Counted from the stretch's first letter, positions 14,203 to 24,041 are shown. The stretch is 64,000 bases of DNA from an uncultured delta proteobacterium (GCA_963766715.1 CAVYBH010000014.1:1-64000), one strand, 5' to 3'. Notes: generated by a model not told the origin, from the letters alone. Program-made: numbers and translations.

Positions 14203-15353
14203 CGCTCCGCACCAGCGAGTCGGTGTCCGAGGGGCACCCGGACAAGGTCTGCGACCGGATCTCCGACGCCATCCTCGACGCGGCGCTGCGCCAGAACCCG
14301 GGCGCGCGCGTCGCCGTGGAGACCCTCGTCACCACCGACCGATGCATCGTGGCCGGCGAGATCGGGGGCGTCGGCTTCCTGGACTACGACGCCATCGTCC
14401 GCAAGGCCATCCGCGACGTCGGCTACCACGGCGGCCTCCCCGGCTTCGACGCCGACACCGTCGAGGTCGAGGTGCTCCTTCACCGCCAGTCCGCCGAGAT
14501 CGCCGCTGCGGTCACGGCCGGGGAGGGGAAGCCCGGGGAGGTCGGCGCCGGCGACCAGGGGATCATGTTCGGCTACGCCTGCCGCGACACGGTCGAGCTG
14601 ATGCCCGCGCCCGTCCACTTCGCCCACCGGATTCTCGAGCGGCTCGCGGCCATGCGGAAGGGAGGCGAGGCGCGTCTCCTCCCCGACGCGAAGGCGCAGG
14701 TCACGGTCCGCTACGTGGATGGAGTCCCGGTGGACGCGAACACCGTCGTGGTCTCCCACCAGCACGCGGCGGGATTCGAGAAGGAACTCCCCGACCTGGT
14801 GAGGGCGGTCGTGGCCGAGGCCCTGCCCGCAGGCTGGATCACCCCCTCCACGAAGATCCTGGTGAACCCGTCCGGTTCCTTCGTGCAGGGCGGTCCGGCC
14901 GCCGACACCGGCCTCACCGGCCGAAAGATCGTCGTCGACGGCTACGGCGGCGCCGCTCCGGTGGGCGGTGGGGCCTTCTCGGGAAAGGACCCGACCAAGG
15001 TCGACCGCTCCGGCGCCTACGCGGCCCGGTGGCTCGCGAAGAACGTGGTCGCATCGGGCATCGCCGACCGTTGCCTCGTCGAGATCGCCTACGCCATCGG
15101 CCGGGCGGAGCCGGTGGCGGTGCAGGTGGACACCTTCGACAGCGTGGAGAACGGGCCCACCGTGGCCCGGGCCATCGGACGGGCCCTCTCGCTCACGCCG
15201 GCTGCGATCCGCGACCGGCTGCGGCTCGAGTTGCCGGTCTACGTGCCCACCTCCTCCTACGGCCACTTCGGGCGTCGCGGCGGGGAGAGGGACGGCCTCT
15301 TTCGCTGGGAGCGGCTCGACCTGGTCGAGGACCTGCTCCGGAACCTGGGATAG
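14199..15353 (+). CDS. metK: S-adenosylmethionine synthetase
   Basis: TSESVSEGHPDKVCD, GAGDQGIMFGYA, DAKAQVT, GGPAADTGLTGRKI, GGGAFSGKDPTKVDRS, YGHFGR. Confidence 0.97.
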   Translation: MTLRTSESVSEGHPDKVCDRISDAILDAALRQNPGARVAVETLVTTDRCIVAGEIGGVGFLDYDAIVRKAIRDVGYHGGLPGFDADTVEVEVLLHRQSAEIAAAVTAGEGKPGEVGAGDQGIMFGYACRDTVELMPAPVHFAHRILERLAAMRKGGEARLLPDAKAQVTVRYVDGVPVDANTVVVSHQHAAGFEKELPDLVRAVVAEALPAGWITPSTKILVNPSGSFVQGGPAADTGLTGRKIVVDGYGGAAPVGGGAFSGKDPTKVDRSGAYAARWLAKNVVASGIADRCLVEIAYAIGRAEPVAVQVDTFDSVENGPTVARAIGRALSLTPAAIRDRLRLELPVYVPTSSYGHFGRRGGERDGLFRWERLDLVEDLLRNLG

Positions 15354-15362
15354 GGGGTGGCG

Positions 15363-15884
15363 ATGGAGACGAGAGCGATGCCGGAGGTGGGGCAGGGGGC
15401 CACCGTGATGATGAACGGGAGCGAGTGCCCCGCCACCATCGTGCGCGTGGCCTTCGACGGGCTGGTGGTGTGGATGCAGGTCGACCGCGTCGAGGAGGGG
15501 GACGACGGCCAGGCCCGCTTCGTCCACGACCCCACCGAGTGGGTGCTGCGCGCGGTGCGCAAGGACGGCGAGTACCGGCTCGACCCGGACATGCAGCGGG
15601 TCGAGATCGGGCGACGGCGCTACCGGCGCACGACCGGTCCGTGGGCGATGGGGTTCGAGAGCTTCCGGGAAAGGGTCGAGCGGATCGAGCCCTGCCTGCT
15701 GCGCCGCCGCTGGTACCCCATGACGTACATGGGCATCCCGAGCCTGCTCCGCAGCGCCGACGACCTCCTCGCCGAGATGGACGCCTACCGGGGGGCGGAC
15801 GAGGCGGCGGTGCGGGTGCTGCGAGAGCGCCTGGCGGTGCGGAGGGACGGGTTCAAGAGGGCTCCCCGCGATGGTCTTGCATAG
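15363..15884 (+). CDS. Hypothetical protein, phage-like
   Basis: Clean ORF 9 nt after metK; N-terminal PEVGQGATV..PATIVRV pattern recalls phage hypothetical proteins (recollection, not searched). Confidence 0.7.
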   Translation: METRAMPEVGQGATVMMNGSECPATIVRVAFDGLVVWMQVDRVEEGDDGQARFVHDPTEWVLRAVRKDGEYRLDPDMQRVEIGRRRYRRTTGPWAMGFESFRERVERIEPCLLRRRWYPMTYMGIPSLLRSADDLLAEMDAYRGADEAAVRVLRERLAVRRDGFKRAPRDGLA

Positions 15885-15910
15885 CGGAGGATCATCCGTC
15901 ATGATGGAAC

Positions 15911-15999
15911 CACCATTCCGATGGGACGAGGGCCGCGGCCCGGCGACTCCCAGCCAACTCCGGCAGCAGCCGGCTCGGTGGCAATGCCGCGCGATGGTG
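15911..15999 (+). ncRNA. SAM-I-clan riboswitch-like aptamer lacking P4 (copy 2)
   Basis: P1 CACCAUU/GAUGGUG; P2a UGGGA/UCCCA; kink-turn GA..GGC-GA; loop CGCGG (15934-38) complementary to CCGCG (15987-91); P3 GCCAAC..CCGGC-AGCA-GCCGG..GUGGC; P1 3' strand overlaps the SD of ATG 16005. Confidence 0.72.
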
Positions 16000-16004
16000 A
16001 CCCG

Positions 16005-16963
16005 ATGAACCAGCCGAAGCTCTCGCTCGCTCCCATCCCCCAGGAGCCGTCCGGTCGCGCGCCTCGAGTCCGCCGCCTGGGTCTCCGCGCTGGCCAGAAG
16101 AAGATCCAGCTCACCGCAGTCATCGGCAGGGGCCGGAGGCTCCGCCTCGTGTTCGCCCGGACGAGGGCTGGCATCGAGTTCTGGCGCTCCTTCGACGCGG
16201 AGAAGTCCCCGCTCGTACGGGTCGGCGTCTTCCCGGGTCCATTCACGCCTCGCGCGGTGGCGAACCTGCTCGCCTCGGGCCAGGCGGGACCGGCCATCGA
16301 CGAGTCGGACGTGGAGGACGCGGTCGCCGACGGCGTGGACGAGCGGTGGTCGAGCCTCATCCGCCTGGCCTGGTCGAGGGTAGCCGGCAGGCCAGACCGC
16401 CGGGTGAGCGCAATCCTCGCCGTCGATGACGCGATGCTCGAGGAGATCGAGGGCGCGATCGGGCTGGAAGGCGTCGAGGACTACCTGAAGCTCGGTAGCG
16501 ACATCGAGCAGCAGAACCAGGCCTGGCTCGCGAACTGGCGCACCGAGATCGACGAGGAGGTGGCGCGCCGCGCGGAGCTGGAAGGGCGAGCAGGGGACGA
16601 GGTGCGGTGCCGTGCACACCGGACCTTCGTGCAGACCTGCCTCCTCACCCTGGGGCGCATGCCGTACGGGAGCGAGAACGCGGAGGCCTGGGCGGGCGCG
16701 GGCCTCGCGGGGCGGACCGTCGGGAAGGCCCAGCGGAGAAAGCTCCGCCTCCTGCAGTCGGGTCGCGTCGGGAAGTTCCGCGTCCGGGTCCTCTTCTGGA
16801 CCGCCGCGTTCACCTCCCGCTCCGGGGACACCTCGCCCGGCCCCGGCTGGTACTGGGTGACCTGCAATCCCGACCCCGGGTGGATGGTCGACGGCGACAT
16901 GGGTCCGTACAAGTCCGACCGGACGGCGTGGGAGGACGCGAGATGCCTGGACCAGGAGGATGA
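16005..16963 (+). CDS. Hypothetical protein (3' end uncertain)
   Basis: ATG directly after riboswitch copy 2; protein-like composition to about AWEDA; the next gene starts at ATGA 16960; as sequenced the frame stays open to 17354. Confidence 0.55.
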
Positions 16964-17641
16964 CGGCGTTCGAAGGCTTCCCCTACCTGGTCACCCGCAT
17001 CGGCCGGACCACCCTGCAGCACATCTCGTTGCTCCCGGCCGACTGGCCGCGCGAGCGGCTCGTGGAGGCCGTGCGTGGCCAGGCAGCGGCCAACCGGCTT
17101 CGACACCTGTCTCTGCCTGGGGGCGGCCGAGGCCGTGTACGTCGCCGCCGAGGGTGCAGAATCGACGAGCAGCGAGCTGCCCCGGGGCGCGCCGGTCGTC
17201 GGCGCCATCGCGACCGCCGAGACGCCCGAGGGGACTCCCGAACTCCGAGCCCGGTGGGCCGACCTTCAGGCCTTTGCCAGGCGCCACCCGGGCCGCGGCT
17301 ACCTGGTGGGCGACGGTCTCGAACGCGGCCACCGCGCCACCCCCGAGGACGTGAAGCGCCTTTCCGGCGCGGGCGAAGACGGCATTCCCGGGGGCCTCCA
17401 GCGCTGCGACGGCTGCGGCGACTTCCGGGGCGACTACCTGGCCGTCCGGGGGGAGGGGAACGGCGACATGACTCCGCGTGTGGTCCCGGTCCACTGCCGC
17501 TGCGACAACCACAACCGCTGCGCGCGGTGCGGCGGAACGCTCGCCGAGTGGAGGCTCTCGGCCTACCACTTCGCCGAGGCCGACCGGGCGGTGCGTTACG
17601 CGGCCGCGTACATGGCGCTCGGCCACCGGTGCCAGGGTTGA
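16960..17641 (+). CDS. Hypothetical protein with Cys/His-rich putative zinc-binding C-terminus (frameshift near 17097)
   Basis: GGAGG RBS; MTAFEGFPYLVTRIG joins FDTCLCLG; CDGC...HCRCDNHNRCARC...HRC. Confidence 0.6.
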
Positions 17642-17801
17642 AGCCCAAGCGGCCCTACTCGAACGCCTACCGATTCCCCCCGAAAGGACGCGCGCCGCTG
17701 GTGGCCCGGCTGCGAGAGCGCCTGGTACGACGCCGGCGCACCCAGTACGTCGTTTACCTGGGGGGCGCGCCGGTTAGGGAAGCCGCGGGAGGAAGAACCC
17801 C

Positions 17802-18645
17802 ATGCCCGCCGAACCCGCCGTCCTTCGCGCCACCTTCCGCCGCCTCCACGAGCGCGGCTGCTTCGTCATGCCGAACCCCTGGGACGTGGGCTCGGCCCGC
17901 GCGCTTCAGCACCTGGGATTCCCGGCGCTGGCCACGACCAGCGCGGGGATGGCCTTCTCGCTCGGCCTGCCCGACGGCGGCGTGCCCCGGGCCGTGGTGC
18001 TGGATCACGTCCGCGCCATCGCCGGCGCGGCCGACGTCCCGGTGAACGCCGACTTCGAGTCGGGGTTCGGGGCCGACGCGGCCGGCGTGGCGGAGAGCGT
18101 CCGCCTCTGCGTCGCGACCGGCGTCGCGGGCCTCTCCATCGAGGACGCCACCGGCGACAAGGCGGCGCCCCTCTTCGAGCTCGACGTGGCGGTCGAGCGG
18201 CTGAAGGCGGCCCGGAAGGCCATCGACGAATCGGAGTACCAGCGTGGTCCTCACCGCCCGGGCCGAGTGCTTCCTGGTCGGCCATCCCTCCCCGCTCCGC
18301 GAGTCGATCCGGCGCCTCACCGCCTACGCCGAGGCGGGGGCCGACTGCCTCTACGCGCCCGGCCTGCGCACGTCCGAGGAGGTGGCCGCGGTGGTGAAGG
18401 CCGTGGCGCCGAAGCCGGTGAACGTGCTCGCCGGAGGAACCGCCTTCACCGTCGCCCGGCTCCGCGAGCTGGGCGCTCGCCGCATCAGCGTGGGCGCGGC
18501 GCTCTCGCGCACGGCCTGGGGCGCCTTCCTTCGTGCGGCCGGCGAGATCGCCGAGAAGGGCTCCTTCGACGGGTTCGCCGCCGCGGAGCCCTTCTCCCGC
18601 CTGAACGCCTTCTTCGTCGAGGACGGAAAGCGCAGGGGCGGGTAG
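17802..18645 (+). CDS. Isocitrate lyase / PEP mutase family protein (frameshift near 18240)
   Basis: PNPWDVGSA, ATTSAG, NADFESGF, SIEDATG, LTARAE, AGADCLYAPG, RRISVG. Confidence 0.9.
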
Positions 18646-18649
18646 CGCC

Positions 18650-19509
18650 TCAGGACCGGTTCGGCGACCAGCCCGAGGGCGGCCGGGCGTAGCTGGCGTC
18701 GCGGCGGAAGGGATCGGCGTTCCGGCGAAGCTGGGCGTCGTTCGGGTCGCAGCGGTTGCCGTCCACGTTCACGCCGGCGGCGAGCAGCCCGGCCCGATCG
18801 TCGTAGCGCAAGCGAGAGCGTCACCTCCGGGCGCGAGCTCTCCCGCAGGAAGGCGACGTGCTGCACGTGCGAGTCGTGCTCCTCGCCGAAGCTCGTCCCC
18901 AGACCGGGACGCCTCGCCTCGGCGGTGGCGCCGGCCGCGGAGGGAGATGGGGGAGCACGAGGCCGGCCGCGCCGAGTCCTGCATCGACTCGGCCTTCGCG
19001 CTCCGCTCGGCGGGCGCCGCCTCCCGCAGGGGAACGGCCCGGACACGCCGCTCCGGGAAGACCGCCACGCCGATCACGCCGACGTCGCGCGCGTCCCCCT
19101 CCAGCGCCGCGTAGGACCGCGACACCGTCCCGAACCTGAAGGCCGCCACCGCGTCCTCGGAGAGCCGGTAGCCGTCGATCACCACCTGGCCGTACGGCTC
19201 CACCAGGTAGCCGCGCTTCTCCAGCGCCGACGGGCCGCCGTCGATCACGTCGCGGCCGTCCACGCTCACCACCACCTCGGCGCGCCGTCCCGACTGGTTG
19301 CGCACCCGCACCCGGTAGCGCTTCCCTGCCGTGCCCAGCACGTAGCTGCGATCGCGGTGGAAGAACGTCGGGAGCGCCTGCCCCGAGTCGTCGATGAGCT
19401 CGAAGGACCAGCTTCCCCGGGCGGCCGGGGAGTCCTCCCGCGCCGGGGTGGCTTCCGGGAAGGTGCAGCCGAGGACGGTGGCGAGGACCAAGAGTGTCGT
19501 GACGCGCAT
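18650..19509 (-). CDS. Conserved hypothetical lipoprotein, divergent from the ECF sigma (frameshifted; end approximate)
   Basis: Lipobox VLGC; RYRVRVRN..EVVVSVDGRDV..RGYLV..IDGYRLS..VAAFRF..SYAA..VGVIGVAVF; AGGAGG RBS. Confidence 0.75.
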
Positions 19510-19597
19510 GTGAAGCCTCCTTTCCCGATGGAACGGACGAGGGCCGAAAAGGATCTGGAGGATTCGTCCTTCGACCCGGGGAGTAGGATGGGCGCGG

Positions 19598-20167
19598 GTG
19601 ACGCAGGACACCGACGAGGCGCTCGTGGCGCGCTACCGGCAAGGAGACGTGGCGGCGTTCGAGGTCCTCCTCGATCGGCACCGCCCGGGCGTGTTCCGCT
19701 TCCTGGCCCGCTTCACCGGCGACCACGCCCGCGCCGAGGACCTGGCCCAGGACTGCTGGATGCGCTTCATCGACGCCGCCCCCCGCTGGAACGCCGATGG
19801 CCGCTTCAAGATCTGGCTCTACGCGGTGGCCCGCAACCTGGCCACCGACGAGGCGCGGCGGGCCACCCATCGCTCGCACGCCTCGCTCGACGCCCCGGTG
19901 CGCGGACGGCCGGTGAGCGAGCTCGTGCCCGAGCGGCGGGCGCGCTCCCGGAGGACGCGGCCGGCGACGCCGAGCTCCGGCCGCGCCTGCTCCGCGCCAT
20001 CGCCGAGCCTGCCGGTGGAGCAGCGGGAGGTCTTCCTGCTCCGGGAGTACGAGGGGGTCTCCTTCGCGGAGATCGCGGAGGTCACCGGCTCGCCCGTTCC
20101 CACCGTGAAGAGCCGGATGCGCTACGCGCTCGAGGCGCTCCGCCGCGCGCTGCAGGAGGTGGCATGA
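19598..20167 (+). CDS. ECF sigma-70 factor
   Basis: TDEALV..GDVAAFEVL, AEDLAQD, FKIWLYAVARN, QREVFLLRE..SFAEIAEVTG..TVKSRMRYA. Confidence 0.93.
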   Translation: MTQDTDEALVARYRQGDVAAFEVLLDRHRPGVFRFLARFTGDHARAEDLAQDCWMRFIDAAPRWNADGRFKIWLYAVARNLATDEARRATHRSHASLDAPVRGRPVSELVPERRARSRRTRPATPSSGRACSAPSPSLPVEQREVFLLREYEGVSFAEIAEVTGSPVPTVKSRMRYALEALRRALQEVA

Positions 20168-21570
20168 CCCACGAGGAAGCGCGGGAGTGGCTGCTCGACC
20201 TGGCCTACGGAGAGCTCGAGACGGACGACCGGCGGCAGGTGGAGGCGCACGTGGCCGGCTGCGCCGAGTGCGCGGCCGAGCTGACGGTGCTCATGCACAC
20301 CCGGGCGGCTGCCGGCCGCCTCTCCGAGCCCGATCTCCCCGGGCGCCGAGAGGAGATTCGTCGAGGCGGCGCGCCGGGCCGTGGCGACGCCGGCGCCGAT
20401 CCGGCGGTCCTCCTGGGCGCGCCCCGCCGCCGCGATGGCCGTGGCGGCGCTCGTGCTCGTCGTGGGCGGGGTGACCTTCCGCTGGTTCGACGAGAGCCCG
20501 CGCCGGGAGGCGGCCGGGAACCAGGTGGTCGCGATCGGGCCGGCCGAGTCCAGGAAGGTGACCGAGTCCGCGCCCGCCGCGCCGCCTGCCGCACCGCCCG
20601 CCGCACGCGTCGCGCCGCCCCGGCCGATGGCCGAGGCGCCCGTCGTGGCGGTGGCGCCGGCCATGAACGCCTCGGCGCGAGGCGCCGGAGGCCCGACGCG
20701 CAAGGCACCCGTCCGCCGCGCCCGCTTCGCCGACCGCGTCGCCGACCGCCGGCGCCGTGGCCTCGCGCGAGATGGCCGACTCGAAGGCCGAGAGCCTCGC
20801 CGCCGCCCCCGCGGCCGCCCGCGCGGCCCGCGCCAAGGAGGCCTCGCCGTTCCCCCCTGGGACCGTCCGGCGCCTTCTCCAGCCTCGATCTGCGCACCGG
20901 CACGCCGTTCCGCGTGAACCCCGCCGGCTGCGCCACCCGCTACGCCCCGTTCTCCACCTTCAAGATCCCGTCGAGCCTGATCGCGCTCGAGACCGGCGTC
21001 GTCGCGAGCCCCGACGACCGCTGGCCCTGGGACGCGAAGAAGTACCCGCCGCCCAGCCCGTCCCCCGGTCCCGACTACGTCCGCGCCTGGAGCCAGGACC
21101 AGACCCTCCGCACCGCGCTCCCGAAGTCCATCGTCTGGTTCTTCCGCGAGGTCGCGACCAAGGTCGGCGAGCCGCGCATGAAGCAGTGGCTCGCCACCTT
21201 CGACTACGGCAACCAGGACGTGTCGGGCGGGCTCGACCGCTTCTGGCTGGGAAGCTCGCTCCGCATCTCTCCCGACGAGCAGGTGGCGTTCCTCGCCAGG
21301 CTCCAGCGCGGGCAGCTCCCGGTTGCGAGGAAGAACCTCGACCTCGTTCAGGAGATCCTCACCCAGGAGACGGGCCGCGGCTGGCGGCTGGTCGCGAAGA
21401 CCGGCTCCTCGGCCACCGGGGAGGGCTGGCTCGTGGGCTGGGTCGAGTCGCCGGGCGGAGGCTGCGCCTTCGCGCTTCATCTGGAGACGTCGAGCTACGA
21501 GGAGATGGCCCGGGTCCGTCCCGGTCTGGCGCGCGACTTCCTCCGCCAGGCGGGGTGCTTCCCGCCCTGA
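20164..21570 (+). CDS. Zinc-binding (zf-HC2) transmembrane anti-sigma factor fused to a class D beta-lactamase / BlaR-like penicillin-binding domain
   Basis: HVAGCAEC; TM AAAMAVAALVLVVGGVTF; Ala/Pro linker; STFK (20953), SIV (21127), YGN (21205), FWL, KTG (21397); no stop between 20164 and 21570 in the start frame. Confidence 0.72.
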   Translation: MTHEEAREWLLDLAYGELETDDRRQVEAHVAGCAECAAELTVLMHTRAAAGRLSEPDLPGRREEIRRGGAPGRGDAGADPAVLLGAPRRRDGRGGARARRGRGDLPLVRREPAPGGGREPGGRDRAGRVQEGDRVRARRAACRTARRTRRAAPADGRGARRGGGAGHERLGARRRRPDAQGTRPPRPLRRPRRRPPAPWPRARWPTRRPRASPPPPRPPARPAPRRPRRSPLGPSGAFSSLDLRTGTPFRVNPAGCATRYAPFSTFKIPSSLIALETGVVASPDDRWPWDAKKYPPPSPSPGPDYVRAWSQDQTLRTALPKSIVWFFREVATKVGEPRMKQWLATFDYGNQDVSGGLDRFWLGSSLRISPDEQVAFLARLQRGQLPVARKNLDLVQEILTQETGRGWRLVAKTGSSATGEGWLVGWVESPGGGCAFALHLETSSYEEMARVRPGLARDFLRQAGCFPP

Positions 21571-21580
21571 CCCCGCCGGC

Positions 21581-21965
21581 TCAGACGTGCAGGAAGCGCC
21601 CGCCGGCGAACGACCAGTTCTCCCAGGTGGTCTCCTTGAAGACCACCATCACGTCCTCGGGGTGCAGTCCGGGCGACCTGGCCAGCCCGGCGATGACGTC
21701 GGCCACGATCTTGCGCTTCACCTTCACGCTCCGTCCCACCGAGAGCAGCACCTCGACGAGGACGAAGTCGGCGGTCCGGCTCCGGCCCAGATCGGGCCAC
21801 TCCCCGTCGTAGCGGAAGTCGTCCTCGCCGAGCTCGAGGACGCGCTGGAAGACGTCCTTCTGCGGAACGCCCGAGGCGACCAGCGCCCGGTGGACGGCGC
21901 CGAGGACGGCCGACTTGAAATCGCGGCGACTTGGGACGGCGGACGGTCAGGGTGACGAGGGGCAT
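21581..21965 (-). CDS. Tautomerase family protein (frameshift near 21925)
   Basis: N-terminal Pro (MPLV), VHRALVASGVP..D.FQR, GRS..VK, C-terminal ENWSFAGG. Confidence 0.85.
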
Positions 21966-22116
21966 GGGGGCTCCTGTGCGGCGCCGCGGGCGCGGCGCCT
22001 GGGTGGCCCACTCTAGCGCCGAGCGGTGTCAACGGAGATGCCCGCCTCGGGAAGAGAGGCAGGCCATTCCCGTGTTCCCATGCAGGCGGCCGGTTTCTCC
22101 CGCCTTCGGGGTAGCC

Positions 22117-24041
22117 ATGCGACGCCTCGCCCCCGTCCTCGTCGCCTTCCTCTGGCTCGCCGCCTGCGGCGGCAGCGGAGGGGATCCTCCGCGGTGACGG
22201 TGTCGGTTGCACCCGCAACGACCACCCTGGCCGCCCTGTCCACCGTCCAGTTCGCGAGCACGGTGACTGGCGCGTCCAACACGGCCGTGACCTGGTCCGT
22301 CCAGGAGGGAAGCGCCGGCGGCAGCGTCTCCCCGAGCGGCCTCTACACGGCGCCCGCGTCGCCCGGCACCTTCCACGTGGTCGCGACCAGCCAGGCCGAC
22401 GCCGCGAAGAGCGGGCTCGCCACGGTCACCGTCACCCCGCCGGCCGCCCCGGCGGTGACGTTGACGCCGTCCGCCGCCTCCATCGGCGTGGGGGCGACGG
22501 TGCAGTTCACCGCCACGGTGACGGGCACGGCCAACACCGCGGTCGGCTGGTCGGTGCAGGAGGGCAGCGCCGGGGGCACCGTCTCCCCGACCGGCCTCTA
22601 CACCGCGCCGCTCGTGGCCGGAACCTTCCACGTCGTGGCGACCAGCGCGGCGGACCCGACGCGCACCGGGACGGCCACGGTCGCGGTCGCCCCTGCGGCG
22701 TGCGCATTGCCCGCGCCGCAGGCCTCCGCCCTCCCGGCGAGCCAGGTCCTCGAGCTGGGGATCCACACCGTCGGCGAGACGGTCACCTTCCAGGTGCCGG
22801 CGAGCACGGGCAGCGTCACCCTCCTGCAGCAGGGGGCGGATCCAGCGGCGGCCCGGACGATCACCTTCCGGGGCGCCGTCCTCGACAATACCGTCGTGCC
22901 GCTCACGGTGAGCGTGGGCGGGACCGTCTTCTTCGACGACAACACGGTTCCCCCGGCCGATCCGGCCAGCTGGGGAACGCAGAACGGCATCGGCGCCGTC
23001 TACTTCTTCTCCGAATCCCCCTGGACCGGGACGATGACCGTTCCCAACACCACCAACATGCTCGACTACGTCACGGCCCACGGGGGCGTGCCACAGGGAA
23101 CGTGGTCGGTGGTGGTGAACGACTGGGTCCAGGAGTGCAAGCAGATTGGCGCGTCCTGCGTGGTCGGCGACGGGACCACGAGCTATCCGCCGGGGAGATA
23201 CGACGTGAAGGTGCTCCTCAAGCAGGGCGCGGTGCCGGCCACCGGCGTCCTCGACGTGAACTTCTACCTGGTCACCGACACGCTCACCGCCGCCACCGCG
23301 GCGACCGATCCATCCGTCGCCCGCATGCGCCAGACCCTGGCCACCGTGCTCGCCGGCGCGGGGCTGACGCTCGGCACCGTGGGCTTCGTCGACGTGCCAC
23401 CCGCCGTGAAGACCAGGTTCTCGAACGGCGTGAACGTGGACCAGTCCGGCCCCTGCAGCGAGGTCGCGACCATCCTCCAGCTGTCCACGCCGGGAAACGC
23501 CATGAACCTGTTCCTGGTGAACCAGCTGATCTCGGCGCAGCCCGGCACCGGGGTCGTGGTCGGGATCGACGGGACCGTGCCCGGGCCCTCGTCGGCGGGC
23601 GGAACGGTCTGGAGTGGCGCGCTGGTCTCGATCCAGGATCTGACCGGGGGCGGGAGCGCCGCCTGCCAGGGTGCGGTGAGCCCGACCACCTGCGGCCCGG
23701 ACGCCACCGCGTACATCGCCGCCCACGAGACCGGCCACTTCCTCGGCCTCTACCACGACACCGAGTCCACCGGGACGCTCTTCGACCCGGTGAAGGACAC
23801 GCCCACCTGCCTCTGCAGCGCCTGCGCCCCTGCGTCCCAGGTGGCGAACTGCTCCGCCGCCGCGGTCACGGCCACGACCTACCAGGTGACCACCATCGAC
23901 TGCACGGCGCAGCTCGCCAACCCGTCCAGCGTCTGCGGGGGAGGGGAGAACCTCATGTTCTGGCTCCTGGGCTCCCGGTCCACCGGCGCCGTCACGCCGC
24001 AGCAGGCGCGCATCGTCCGCGCCAATCCACTCGTTCACTAG
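22117..24041 (+). CDS. Lipoprotein with two Ig-like (BIG2-type) repeats and an M43-like metzincin protease domain (frameshift near 22190)
   Basis: Lipobox LAAC; two copies of VQF.ATVTG..NTAV.WSVQEGSAGG.VSP.GLYTAP; HETGHFLGLYH; Met-turn NLM. Confidence 0.8.

Noticed and set aside
17642..17801. Possible small ORF or third riboswitch copy after the zinc-finger-like gene
   Set aside because: None of the invariant motif segments is present and there is no convincing RBS or ORF.
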